This document shows positions 10,657 through 22,303 of a DNA stretch of 64,000 bases, piece by piece (positions within the stretch are counted from its first letter, which is position 1; every line of letters starts with the position of its first letter). Location of the stretch: positions 878,280 through 942,279 of the forward strand of contig NW_008246078.1 in the NCBI RefSeq assembly GCF_000281045.1, written 5' to 3'. The translations under genes were made by a program, and so were the position numbers. Source of the stretch: Saprolegnia diclina VS20 (lineage: Eukaryota). The notes beneath the pieces were generated by a model that worked only from the letters and a program-made list of their open reading frames with translations, had not been told where the DNA came from and searched no databases.

Positions 10657-11905
10657 ATGCAGCTCGCATCCTCGCCACGGAAGCGCAAGGCGGCGACAAT
10701 GCCCTTTGACACGACGTCGCTCAAGTGCAACGACAACTTTGTGCAGTGGAGCAGTCTCCAGACCATCAAGTCCAAGCGCGTGAAGGAGCTCGCGTACCTC
10801 AAGAAGCGAATTTACGAGCTCGAGCAGGACCTCGTGCGCGCCCAGCGCTGCCACTCGACCGTGCTGCCATGGGAAGAAGTCGCCAAGGCGCTCGCCGACG
10901 ACACCCTCGACAAAGTCCGTGAGAACCGGACGCTCAAGTCGACCGTCGAGTACAACCGTCACAAATACGCCTTCTTGCGCGAGTGGGTCCACGGCATGAC
11001 GCCGCCCAAGGTACATTCGTGCAGCATGGCATTGCCTTTTAACAATACAGCGCTCTCGTAGCGCCACGTCATTTCGACGTTTCAAGATTCGTGGCGGCAC
11101 TCGCATATCTTTGACGGCGACGCGTCGATGCGGCAAGCGGGCTATGAGTGGCTTACGACACACGTCTACCACAACACGAGCCGGGAGATGGCGCGCGCGG
11201 CACCTTTTCCCGAGGCGGACGTTGACTTCGTGCACGCGGATATCACGTGCAACGACAACGTCATGCACGTCGCCGTCACGTCGCAGCTCCTGGTGCCGTA
11301 CCCGCTTGAGGCAGCGGTGCAAGCGCTTTGGGTCGCGGACCGCACACTGCTCGGGTTTGTGTCAGAGGGCACTATTGAAGAGCGTGCCCCGATTGCAGAT
11401 CATATTATCTACCATCGCGAAGAGATGGGCCCGGCGTCCGGTCACATTCGCGTTGCGGGCAACATGCTCTACGGCAAGTTCATTGCGTCACCCGACCGCG
11501 TCGTCCTCGTCAAGCGCTCGGTTCTAAAAGACGACGCGCATCCGCTCGACTCGGACGTCTGGACGTGCGACGTCAAGCAATGGTCGCCAATGGTTATCCA
11601 ACTCGATAGACTGATACTTTGATAGGATCGTGGCCGACCGCGTGGACGCCAATGTGACGCGGTGTCGCATGTACGACGCCACGGGCCATCCATGCACGGA
11701 GCGGGGCTACGTGCCGATCCGCGAGCTCGCCAAGTGTTTTCGGCTGCAGGCGCGGGACGACGCCGAGGCCGCGGCACTTCTCCGGCTCCGCACGATCGAC
11801 AGCCAGCAGCGCGAGCGTGTCCGGTTCGCCGAGCTCGTGCACCTGCTTCTCGAGCAACAGACGCTCACGGACGCCATGGCGGCGCTCGACGACTCAGCTT
11901 TCTAG
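10657..11905 (+). CDS. Array paralog B; introns 11011-11061 and 11583-11625
   Basis: LPWEEVAKALADDTLDKVRENRTLK, YEWLTTHVYHNT, NMLYGKF, DVKQW; spliced frame checked. Confidence 0.87.
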
Positions 11906-12656
11906 TGCGTCTGGGTGGCTTTGTAATCGTTGTTACTATCGTGTACACATTCCGAAGCCAGCCATCGCGCGGGGCCGGTCGTGGTCGTACGTACGGCCGC
12001 CACGTTCGCAGTCACCACATGGCTGGCCAACTCATATTTCGGCGGTCACGGCACCGCACGACTTGGGTGGTGCGGTGCCAAACCTCGCACTGCCATCGAT
12101 TTGTACAGGGATGCAATAGACACACACCATTACAGAGTCCACGCAACCCAAGTAGTAATCGCACGTGTGTATCCTGTGGCTGAATGGCAGTATGAATACT
12201 GTATAATGTGCTGGTGCGGTGCCAAGGAGCTAAGGCGGTGGCGGTTCCGACCCTTCTCGACAGAAGACTGTGGGTGGTTGCTGCGGGCGCACCAAGGGTT
12301 CTCGCATCGCGCCTTTCTGGCTACTCGTGGCCGCAACGCGCTCGCGAGTCCGTGAGCAAAGCCATCGAACGCGAACACATATCGCATTGTGCAGTGACTC
12401 ACATATCCACGGTACCTGTTCCATGCTCACAGCCATGACGTAGTGCACAGTGTATTCTCATAGCGTGTCGTACGCGGTAGGTATACGTAGTACGTCCCAT
12501 GCTGCGGTCCATCCACTGTCGGTGGCGGAGTGATCCGTGGGCTTCACCCTGCCATCTGGGTCCAGTGACACCTGCTTCGAAGCTCGAAGCGAAGTTGCGC
12601 TATACCGAACCCAAGCGGCAATTGGCCGCTCAGTTTTCAAAAGCGCCAAGTGCAAC

Positions 12657-13844
12657 ATGGTCATGATGCGGACCGACGACAATGGGCTCGTGGCCAAGCC
12701 CGACGCTGCTGCTGCGCTCGTCGTACACCAGTTCAAGTCCAAGCGGCTGCGCGAGATCGAGTACCTCAAGAAGCACATCTACGACCTCCAGGCGCGCGTG
12801 CGCAAGACCAAGCGCGTCCGCGTCACGCTCTTGCCATGGGAAGAAGTCGCAAAGGCCCTCGCCGACGACACGCTCGACAAGGTGCGCGAGAACCGGTCGC
12901 TCAAGCGCGAGCTGACGCATAACAAGCGGCTCGCGCGGCTGCTGCAGGACTGGATCCTCTCGCAGTCGCCGCAAACGGTACGCCATCGTCTCCTTTCTTC
13001 AAGCTATTTTCTCATGGGCATTAGCGGCAGCCCAACATCCACCTCGAGTCATGGCGCCACTCGCACATTTTCCAGGGCGACGAGGCAACGCGCAAGGTCG
13101 GGTACGAGTGGCTCGTCGCGCAGCTCTACCACAACACGGAGCGTGCGCTCATGCCACTCGCATTCCCGCATGGAAATGAATACTACCTCGAGACCGACAT
13201 TGCCTTTGACGGACCGATCATTAGCCTCACGCAGCAGATGCAAGTGGTCTTGCCCTACTCGCTCGACGACGTGTCCCGCGCCGTTTGGATCGCGGCGCAG
13301 ACGTTTATCCACTACATTCAGCGCAAGCCCGACCCGCTCGCCAAGCTGCTGCAAGTGAACCGCGACGTCGAGTACGTCCAGGAAGACATGGGCCCGAGTG
13401 CCAAGCGTATCGACAGCAAGCTCCTCTACGGCCGGTTCCACGAACCGAACCGCACGGCCATTGTGACGCGAGCTGTGCGCACCGACGACGCGTACCCGAT
13501 CGACCCGTCGACGTGGACCACCGACATGAAGCAATGGTACGTTTTGCTACATGCGACATGTGTTTAGCGTTGGGACTAGGTTTGTGCTCGACAAGATTGA
13601 CGACCAGTCGACGCGGTGCCGGTTCTACGACTACCTCGGGCACCCGTCGACGGCGTCGGGGTATGTGCCCATCCAAGACGTGGTTCGCATGTACCGGTAC
13701 GAGCCGGTGAGCGACGCCGACGCGATAGCCTACTGCCGCAACCGCTTTCCGCACCACCAGCGCCGCGAACGCGCCATGTTTGCGATCCACCTCCAACGCG
13801 TGCTCGACAAAATCACGTCGTCGACGCCGAGTGCGTCACCGTGA
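12657..13844 (+). CDS. Array paralog C; introns 12978-13024 and 13537-13579
   Basis: LPWEEVAKALADDTLDKVRENRSLK, YEWLVAQLYHNT, LLYGRF, DMKQW; spliced frame checked. Confidence 0.87.
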
Positions 13845-14906
13845 GGCGTTTCACTCATAACTAATTTAAACAAACCTCGTGGACATTATTGTTGCGCTGC
13901 TTGGACTCGATTGCGCGTTGGTAGTACCGAAAACTACTCACCGCACCATTAAACCATGGTTTTGTTAGTAGGTGCAAGGGGATACCTCGGTAGGTGCTGG
14001 TGAACATGGATACTCGTCCTGCGACTGGTCGCGTTGAACTTGTCGGTGCGCCTCGGTGGACGCGGCTACTTGGTGTGCGGCTGCGAATGCGGGAATGCGT
14101 GCGAGATTCGAGGCTGTCTGTAGACAGTGTCCAACGAGAATAAAGCTGATCGGGGCTAGCTCGCTACCCACGAGTAGCCAAGGCGGTGAGCGACAAAAAT
14201 CGAACCGCGGGCGCTTCTTCGTGCTCGTTCCATATTTGCCCGCAAGCGTGGCTTCAAGTCCCAGGTGGCATTTCTCTACATGTATTTCGCACCTCCTATG
14301 CTTATATAAAAAGGTAGCGTCCGTCTGCTAGCACTAGCGAAGGCTATGCGATGCAGCACCTTTGGCACTGAGGGTGTACTAGAATTCTAGTACTTTGCTG
14401 TTTCGGATGTGTCGGACTTGCTATTTTTGCGCCTTTCGGAAATTGCCGTTTGCGATCAAAACCGACCTACACGTCCACCAGTATACCATACAAAACGCTC
14501 CATGTACGGTAGCATACAGTCGACAAGTATGTATTTGGCGCGGCCTTCCCGCCACCTGGTTCATCTGGGTACCAACAGCCTCGGATGATTTGTGGCACTG
14601 GCTTGCCGCGTCTGGCTGCAATTGGCTTAATCAGTACCCTCCGACCCACGCCTTCGTGCCACGCAACCTGGTCGATCGATCTGAGAACAGCGCGATTGCC
14701 TTTGAAGCAAAAGTGACTGCGATCGTCGCTGTGTGCACGTGCTGTGCACGGCGCGCGCGCCCTCGTTATCGCTATACATGGGCCACGGTTTTGCTTGTTT
14801 GGCGCGATGGTACTATCTAAGCGAATTCCCGCAGCTGGCCGACCCGCACAGAAAGCAGTGTGTTCGACGGGCGTCGCCTATCTCGATTTCGCCGGGACGA
14901 CCCATC

Positions 14907-16129
14907 ATGGTGTCGGAGATCCGCAAGATCCGCAACATCAAGCGCGACGCGCTCAAGCCGTGCTTTGAGAACCCGCCGCCAATGCCCCACGTCAAGTGCA
15001 AGCGGCTGCGCGAGCTCCACTTGCTATCGCGCCATATCTACGAGCTCGAGATCAAGCTGCGGCGACTCCAAGGCCGGCGCTCGACCATGCTGCCGTGGAA
15101 AGAAGTGAGCTCGGCGCTCGCCGAAGACACACTCCGCAACGTGCGCGACAACCGCAGTCTCAAGGTCGAACTCGAGCACCACCGACGACTCGGCACGTAT
15201 CTTCGCACATGGATCGACGGGCTCACGCCAATTCCGGTACAACGATCGCGCTGCATTCACTGACATCATGCACATGCTGCCAATGTAGCGGTCGCCACGG
15301 TCGTCCACCGACAGCTGGCAGCATTCGCAGCTCATCGCAGGCGACGCGACCGCGCGGCGCACCGCGTACGAGTGGATCGTCCGGCAAGCGTACTGCAGCA
15401 CCGAAGCCGCTTTGGCCCACGTGTCCTTCCCGAGCCACGATTCCGATGGCATTGCTGTCGACGTCGAGTGGGTCGACGGTCTCTTGCACGTCAATGTCAT
15501 GACGCAGCGCATTTTGCCGTACAGCCTCGAATTGGTTTCCCAGAGTCTCTGGGTCGCCGACAAGACGTTCGTGCAGTTTGCGCAGGGCCGGCCATTAAGT
15601 GTGTACCGGCACGAGCTCCACGTCGTGAGCGACGCACTCGAGTACGTCCAGGAAGAGATGGGGCCCGGGACCCGGCCAATATTCGACAATGTGCTCTACG
15701 GGCGGTTCAATGAGCCGACGCGGACAGTACTTGTCATGCGGTCGATTCTCAAGGACGAGCTTTTCCCTATTGACGCGACAACGTGGACCGTCGACACGAA
15801 ACAATGGTCGTATCGTTCTGCAGGACAATAGTGATGCTGACAATGACAACTTGTGTAGGATGGTGGCCGACAAGCTCGACGAGTACCACACATTGTGCCG
15901 CACGTACTACTCGATCAAGCACCCGAGCACCGAGGCCGGCCACGTCCCGTTGTTGGACCTCGCGACGTGCTTTTGCCACGCGCCAACAAACGACGCGGAA
16001 GCCGAAAAGATGCTGCGCGACCGCTTCCTCCTCGTCCAGCGTGTCGAGCGCGAGAAGTTTGCCACACATTTGGACGCTGTGCTGCTCGATCAGCAGTCGA
16101 CCAGACAGGCCTCCGACGTGGTGGCCTGA
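14907..16129 (+). CDS. Array paralog D; introns 15237-15288 and 15807-15858
   Basis: LPWKEVSSALAEDTLRNVRDNRSLK, NVLYGRF, DTKQW; spliced frame checked. Confidence 0.87.
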
Positions 16130-17690
16130 TAATTAGTTGCAAGTTGATCGTCTCTCGTCGTTGGCAGTTGGAGGCATGTGTATGTAGTATTATAGAAAGA
16201 GTACTAGCAAGAAGCTTCGGAAAAATAATCTTTTTTTAAGAATCCCGTCAATCCACCCCAACCAATCCCACTAGTACATGTATGTTGAAGTGGGTACACT
16301 ACATCGCAACCGCTATCGGATATTTTGCGAACCGTGTGTGAGAGCCAGCGCGGACCATGGATCTGAATATGCAAAAGCAGTTGAAGACGACGGGCCGTTT
16401 TTGGTTTTGACGAGTATCTTTTCCCTTCGAAATCGTGCGACGCACACCAGCGCGCGGTGTCGAGTGGGAAGAGAGATGACCTCTCGCCATCGCTGCTGTT
16501 GTTGCCGCAAGTGCTCTCGGGTGGGATGATCGACAAAAGTTCCAAAGCTGTCGTAGCATTTGGTAAAGGTGCCATGGGACTCAAAACGATATCTTATGTG
16601 CCAAGCATTGCACGGGATCAGGTGGACTGGTCCAGCACGAAGGGCTTGTCCTTGACGCGGCACGGGTATGTTCGTCATCTATGTACGAGATTGATTCCTC
16701 TTGGTGGCACGGTAAGCAGGCGTAGTATGTGTTGCATCAACGTAGAGTATGCTTGGGTTGGTGTGCGGTCGACGGCGCGCATCGAGCAGATGGCAGCCCT
16801 ACGAAATCGACTCAACGGACCAAAGAAGGTGATGGCGGTACGGCGCACCGCGTGTCCCAGCGCTCGAAGTCTCGGAGCGCACTCGCTGTTCCTGTGGCGT
16901 CCATTGTGTTCCAAGACATCGGTAATACCCAAGCACTCCCGAGAGCTTTAACCTCGTCGTCTTGCGGCGCTGGGTTCAGCACGCAGCGACGCGGGCTCGC
17001 GACAGCCCCTCGTGGCAATATTCAGCGGTCCGACAGGCGCACCGAGTGCGTCTTTGTTTCAATCCTCCCAGTCTTTACTTGAAAAATGTATTGGAATTAT
17101 ACTGCTTTGTATTTAATTGGAGCAAAGTTACATGGGAATGAGTCGACGACTAGTAGATGGCGACGAGATGATTTATTGCTAGTAGCTCCTGCCGTGCGTA
17201 GCAATAGATGGATCCATGGAAGCTCGATCCACCACAAAAGTGCAATCTCAGAAAGGCCAGTTTTGGTCGCTGGTCAACGCGATCGCCGTTGGGATCAGCC
17301 ATGAGATAATCTTATTGCTATCTTATTTCGCTCGCTATGCCCGCGGTCGAAGGTGCCGACTTCTTCTGCGCCTCATTCAGGTAGAGTAGCAGGATGCACA
17401 CCTGTTGTGCTTCGTTCAGCGCTACGCTGCGCGAGTCCATTGCCGAGGAAGCCGCTGCACCCACTTGGTCGCGGAGATTATAACAAAGCTACTTGCGTAT
17501 CTAACTGTGCCGTACCCAGTTATACCGACGTTTGACGTCGGGATTTGCAGGTTATAACGCCATGGCCACCACGTGGCCCCCGGCGTAACCCACTTTGGCA
17601 TGTGTCATCAATAAAACCCACGAAACCAGGTGGTGCAATTCTGATGCCGAGAACGGCAGATGCCATTTGTCGGCAGAACCCAACTTGATC

Positions 17691-19018
17691 ATGGTCGCCG
17701 AGGTCCCGCTCACTCCGCCGACGCTCCTCCTCTCGACAACGACCCACAAGGGCCACTGTGACGGCGTCGAGTCCAGCAACGCATCCGTTCGGGCTGCGTC
17801 GCCGCTCAAGCCGCGCCGCCCGGACCGGCCCCTCAAGGTCTCGACGTCCACGACCGTCAAATGCAAACGCGTGCAGGAGCTGCAGTACCTCCATCGGCAC
17901 ATTGAGGAGCTCGAAGAGACGCTTCGCCGGTGCCAGCGCCCGTATACGCCCATGATGCTGCCATGGAAGGAGGTGAGCGCCGGTCTTGCCCACGATACGC
18001 TCGTGCACATTCGTGAGAACCGGTGCCTCAAGAAGGAGGTCGAGAGCAAGAAAAAGATGATCGCGTACCTTAAGGCCTGGATGCAAAGCGTCAACGTCGC
18101 CACGGTAGGCCATCTATTCGCTTCTGCATCATAAGCTCATGACGCAAGCAGCACTCGCCGAGCCCGTTTGTCGAGACGTGGCGCCACTCGGAGCTCCTCG
18201 CCGGCGACGAAGCCTTCCGCAAGCAAGCGTACTCGTGGATCATGCAGCAGGTGTACCACAACACGGACCGCGCGCTCTCAACATTGCATTTTCCGGACGC
18301 GGAGGCCGGCGACTTTATCGACGTCCATGTCGTGCCGGACGAGAACAACCGGCTTGAGATCCACGTCATGAGCCAGCGCCTCTTGCCGTATGCCCTGCCA
18401 ATGGCCTCGGAAGGCGCGTGGATCGCCGACAAGACGTTTTATGAGTTTAACCGCGACGGCGACACGTTCCGTGAAGAGCTCGATCTGGTCAACCGCGATC
18501 TCGAGTACGTCAAGGAAGACATTGGGCCGATTCAAAAAATGATCGTCGACAATGCGCTCTACAGCCGGTTTGAAGAAGAAAACCGAACGGTTATGGTGCT
18601 GCGCTCGATCCTCAACGACGAAGCGTACCCGCTCGATGCGACGACGTGGACGGTCGACGTCAAGCAATGGTACGTCCTTATTTGCCGTCTGAAGGTGCAA
18701 CGTCTGATTGTGCGCTTTAGGATGGTGCTGGACGCGATGGACGGCGAGACGACGCGGTGTCGAACGTACTACATCATGAAGCACCCGACCACGACGGGCG
18801 GCGGCTACGTCTCGATCGAAGAGTTTGCCGCGTGCTTTGATCTGTACACACCGGGCGACGACGAGGTCGCGCTCATGCGCAAGCTCGGCGCGCGCTTTGA
18901 AGAGAAGCAGCGCATTGAGCGCCAGAAGTTTGCCACTCACATGGACGCCGTGCTCCAGCGACTCGAGACGCTCGAGATGCTCGACGCACTCCAAGGCGAG
19001 GACGAAAGGACCCTCTAA
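17691..19018 (+). CDS. Array paralog E; introns 18105-18151 and 18670-18720
   Basis: LPWKEVSAGLAHDTLVHIRENRCLK, MQQVYHNT, NALYSRF, DVKQW; spliced frame checked. Confidence 0.87.
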
Positions 19019-19627
19019 GAGCTTATGTAGTAGTCGACTATTCTATTGTATCATAAATAATGTCACGACGCATGAAGTAGTGATTGCTTGCGACGGCGTG
19101 GACGCAAATCAACGATTGCTTGCTCGAGATCCGTAAGCACGGTGGAAAATGAAGGGTTGTGGTGCGCAACGCAGTGGGATCCGGCGCGGGCAGCTGGACA
19201 GACCATGTTCGATGGCTCGTCGCCCAGAGACATGGGGCTGGTCGCTGCAGTGTAGTACACATAGCCTTTGTCGAGGCTTTGTCCCAGGCGTCCCTTGGTA
19301 CGACGCTGACGCGACAACTGCATTCAGCATCGCCGTCACGGTGCCACGGCCTTCGATGAATTTGGCGCAGCATGATTGGCCGACGCGTACTTCAAGTGAC
19401 GTTTTATTGGCTACAATTGATGGCGTGGACCAATGCGAATGCGCAGAGGCAGCGATTTTTCTCGGCAAGATTTGACCCAGCGCCGAGTGGGGCATTGTAG
19501 CCAATGAACTATCGAGATCACGAGTTTATATCATGTGATTGGCGCAAATGAGATATCCCGGTGGAATATTCACGCGAAGCACAACGAAGGTCCGCTGCAC
19601 AACGACGGTCGACGGCTCATCCTGCAA

Positions 19628-20152
19628 ATGGCCGCCAAGACAGCCGTCGCTACGTTCGCCGCTGGCTGCTTCTGGGGCGTCCAGCTCCACTTTCAACGCA
19701 TGCAAGGCGTCGTGGGCACAAGCGTCGGCTACACCAACGGACACGTGTCCAACCCAACGTACGAGCAGGTGTGCGCGGGCACGACGGGCCACGCCGAGGC
19801 CATTCGCATCCAGTTTGACCCGAGCGTCGTGTCGTACGACGAGCTCCTCAACAAGTTTTGGTCAATCCACGACCCAACGACGCGCAACCGACAAAAGCTC
19901 GACTTTGGCACGCAGTACCGGTCCGGGATTTACTACCACTCGGACGCCCAGCGCGCGGCCGCCGAGGCCTCCAAAGCTGCTCATGTCGTTCCGTGGAGCC
20001 TTCTCGGGGTCTTTTTTGGCAACAAGATCGTCACCGAGATCGAGCCCGCGGGCACGTTCTACCCTGCCGAAGAGTACCACCAGCGATACCTTGAAAAAGG
20101 CGGGCAGTGCGCACGTGTCGGTGCGACCGACGACGTCCGATGCTATGGCTAA
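19628..20152 (+). CDS. msrA: Peptide methionine sulfoxide reductase A
   Basis: AGCFWG active site, [43 protein letters not shown]; intronless. Confidence 0.96.
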   Translation: MAAKTAVATFAAGCFWGVQLHFQRMQGVVGTSVGYTNGHVSNPTYEQVCAGTTGHAEAIRIQFDPSVVSYDELLNKFWSIHDPTTRNRQKLDFGTQYRSGIYYHSDAQRAAAEASKAAHVVPWSLLGVFFGNKIVTEIEPAGTFYPAEEYHQRYLEKGGQCARVGATDDVRCYG

Positions 20153-20236
20153 AATACGATTGCACCTCACTACACTCGTATATCACAATCGCTGTTGATC
20201 AAAGCACACATGCACATGTCAACACGGACACGTACA

Positions 20237-21378
20237 CTACTCAATCGATGGTACGACGGACGGCGGCGGCAGACTGTGTAGAACGTGGTCGAGGTAGGCT
20301 GCAAACTGCAGTCGCTGGTCGAAATGCCGACGGCGAAAGCACTCGCGTAGCTTGTGCCGGAACCGAGCGTCGTCTTCGTTGCCGTCGCAGCCAAAGAGAC
20401 GCCCGACGTCGGACAGCGGTACTTGGTCGCCGGACGGTGTCCGCGGATGGCCCATTTGAAATGAGACGCGGCAGCGCGTCGTCGACGCGTCCACGGCCTC
20501 GGCCACCATCCTAGCACCAGAAGAATGAGCCGCTTGCAATACGAAAGCTTGATATGTGTGCACCATTGCTTGGTGTCGACGCTCCACACGTAGCCCTTGG
20601 TCGGGTACGCGGCGTCCGATATGATGGAGCGCATGACAATGACGGACCGACTCGGCTCGTCAAAGCGCCCGTACAGCATATTGTCGCCGATCGTGTCGTC
20701 TTCGGGGCCAATGCTGTCATGGAGGTAGACGATGCTGCGCGCGTGTGCTTCGTCCAGCTGCTTAAAGTCTCGCTGCAGCGCATGTGCCACAAACGTCAAG
20801 TCGGCGTGCCAGAACGCCAGTGTCGCCTGCGCCAACGAGCACGGCAAGAGGCTCTGCGTCACGACTTGGATACTCAGCGGCCCGTCGTCGAGGTTGACGT
20901 CAATCGCGACGTCAAACGCGCTGTCGACATTGGTCAAGCGCTCGCAGACGCGCGCCATGGCGCTGTCCGTGCTGCCATGAAGCTGCTGGAGGACCCATTC
21001 GTAGGCCACTTGGCGAGAGGACGCGTCGCCTTCAATGAGGCAGGCATCGCGCCACGAGCTTTGCGACGAGAGCGACTACATCGCGTGCTCATCGAGACAA
21101 GTCAAGTCGAGCGTTGCTACCTTTGGCGGGACCATCGTGAGCATCCACTCACGCAGAAAGCGAGCGAGGCGTGCATGGTACGCGCACTCTTTCTTGAGGC
21201 TGCGGTTCGTGCGCACCTGCGCGAGCGTGTCGTCCGCCATCGCGCCAGCCACGTCTTCCCACGAGAGGATCATGATGTGCGCGCGCTTGATGCGCCGGAG
21301 CTCGGCCTCGAGCGCATAGACCTGCTCGCGTAGCCGGTCGAGATGGAACTTGCGTCGCACCTTGGGCTTCCGCGCCAT
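20237..21378 (-). CDS. Array paralog F (inverted); introns 21076-21120 and 20511-20563
   Basis: LSWEDVAGAMADDTLAQVRTNRSLK, YEWVLQQLHGST, NMLYGRF, DTKQW; same intron positions as A-E. Confidence 0.87.
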
Positions 21379-21884
21379 TACCCTTGCTGGAAACGCGATG
21401 CTTCGAAGTGCGATCGCGTGGCGAAGCGAGCGCCTTGCATCCCACTCGAAGCTGCCCGATCGAAGTTTGAGGTTGACCGTGTCTTTGAATCGCATGCATG
21501 ACCAGAAAATGAGCTCGAGTTGGCGTGCGCGATGTACACCGTGTTGACTACGTCAACAAGCGCAGGCTGCCAGGTAATAGCTGCGGATTGTTCGCGCGTA
21601 CTACGTAGCAGCCGCTCCGGTTTGCGCGCAACCGATCCCGGTTTGTGCAAGGTAACTACACGACCCGGCACCTGTTGTCGGCCCGTGACATCTGATTGCA
21701 GAATCAATGGTCGAGTTCGAGCCCACGAATTCTAGTAGTACTCTAGTCAGCGATGTGAGAAGGCACGGCCGGGTACTGGGTACTAGCATGGGGTACTAGT
21801 AGTCGTCGCCCATTTGACGCGACATAAGTCGCAACCGTCGAGTGGCCATGGACACGGGATTTCATATCATCCGACAAGCGTCAG

Positions 21885-21921
21885 CGCAAAGCGAGGGGCT
21901 GCAAAGCGAGGGGCTGCAAAG
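21885..21921 (+). repeat. Short 15-bp tandem repeat (GCAAAGCGAGGGGCT x2.5) just before a gap
   Basis: Directly visible in the sequence. Confidence 0.7.
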
Positions 21922-22303
21922 GGAGAGCAGCAGACGTAGTGTAGCANNNNNNNNNNNNNNNNNNNNNNNNNNNNNNNNNNNNNNNNNNNNNNNNNNNNNN
22001 NNNNNNNNNNNNNNNNNNNNNNNNNNNNNNNNNNNNNNNNNNNNNNNNNNNNNNNNNNNNNNNNNNNNNNNNNNNNNNNNNNNNNNNNNNNNNNNNNNNN
22101 NNNNNNNNNNNNNNNNNNNNNNNNNNNNNNNNNNNNNNNNNNNNNNNNNNNNNNNNNNNNNNNNNNNNNNNNNNNNNNNNNNNNNNNNNNNNNNNNNNNN
22201 NNNNNNNNNNNNNNNNNNNNNNNNNNNNNNNNNNNNNNNNNNNNNNNNNNNNNNNNNNNNNNNNNNNNNNNNNNNNNNNNNNNNNNNNNNNNNNNNNNNN
22301 NNG

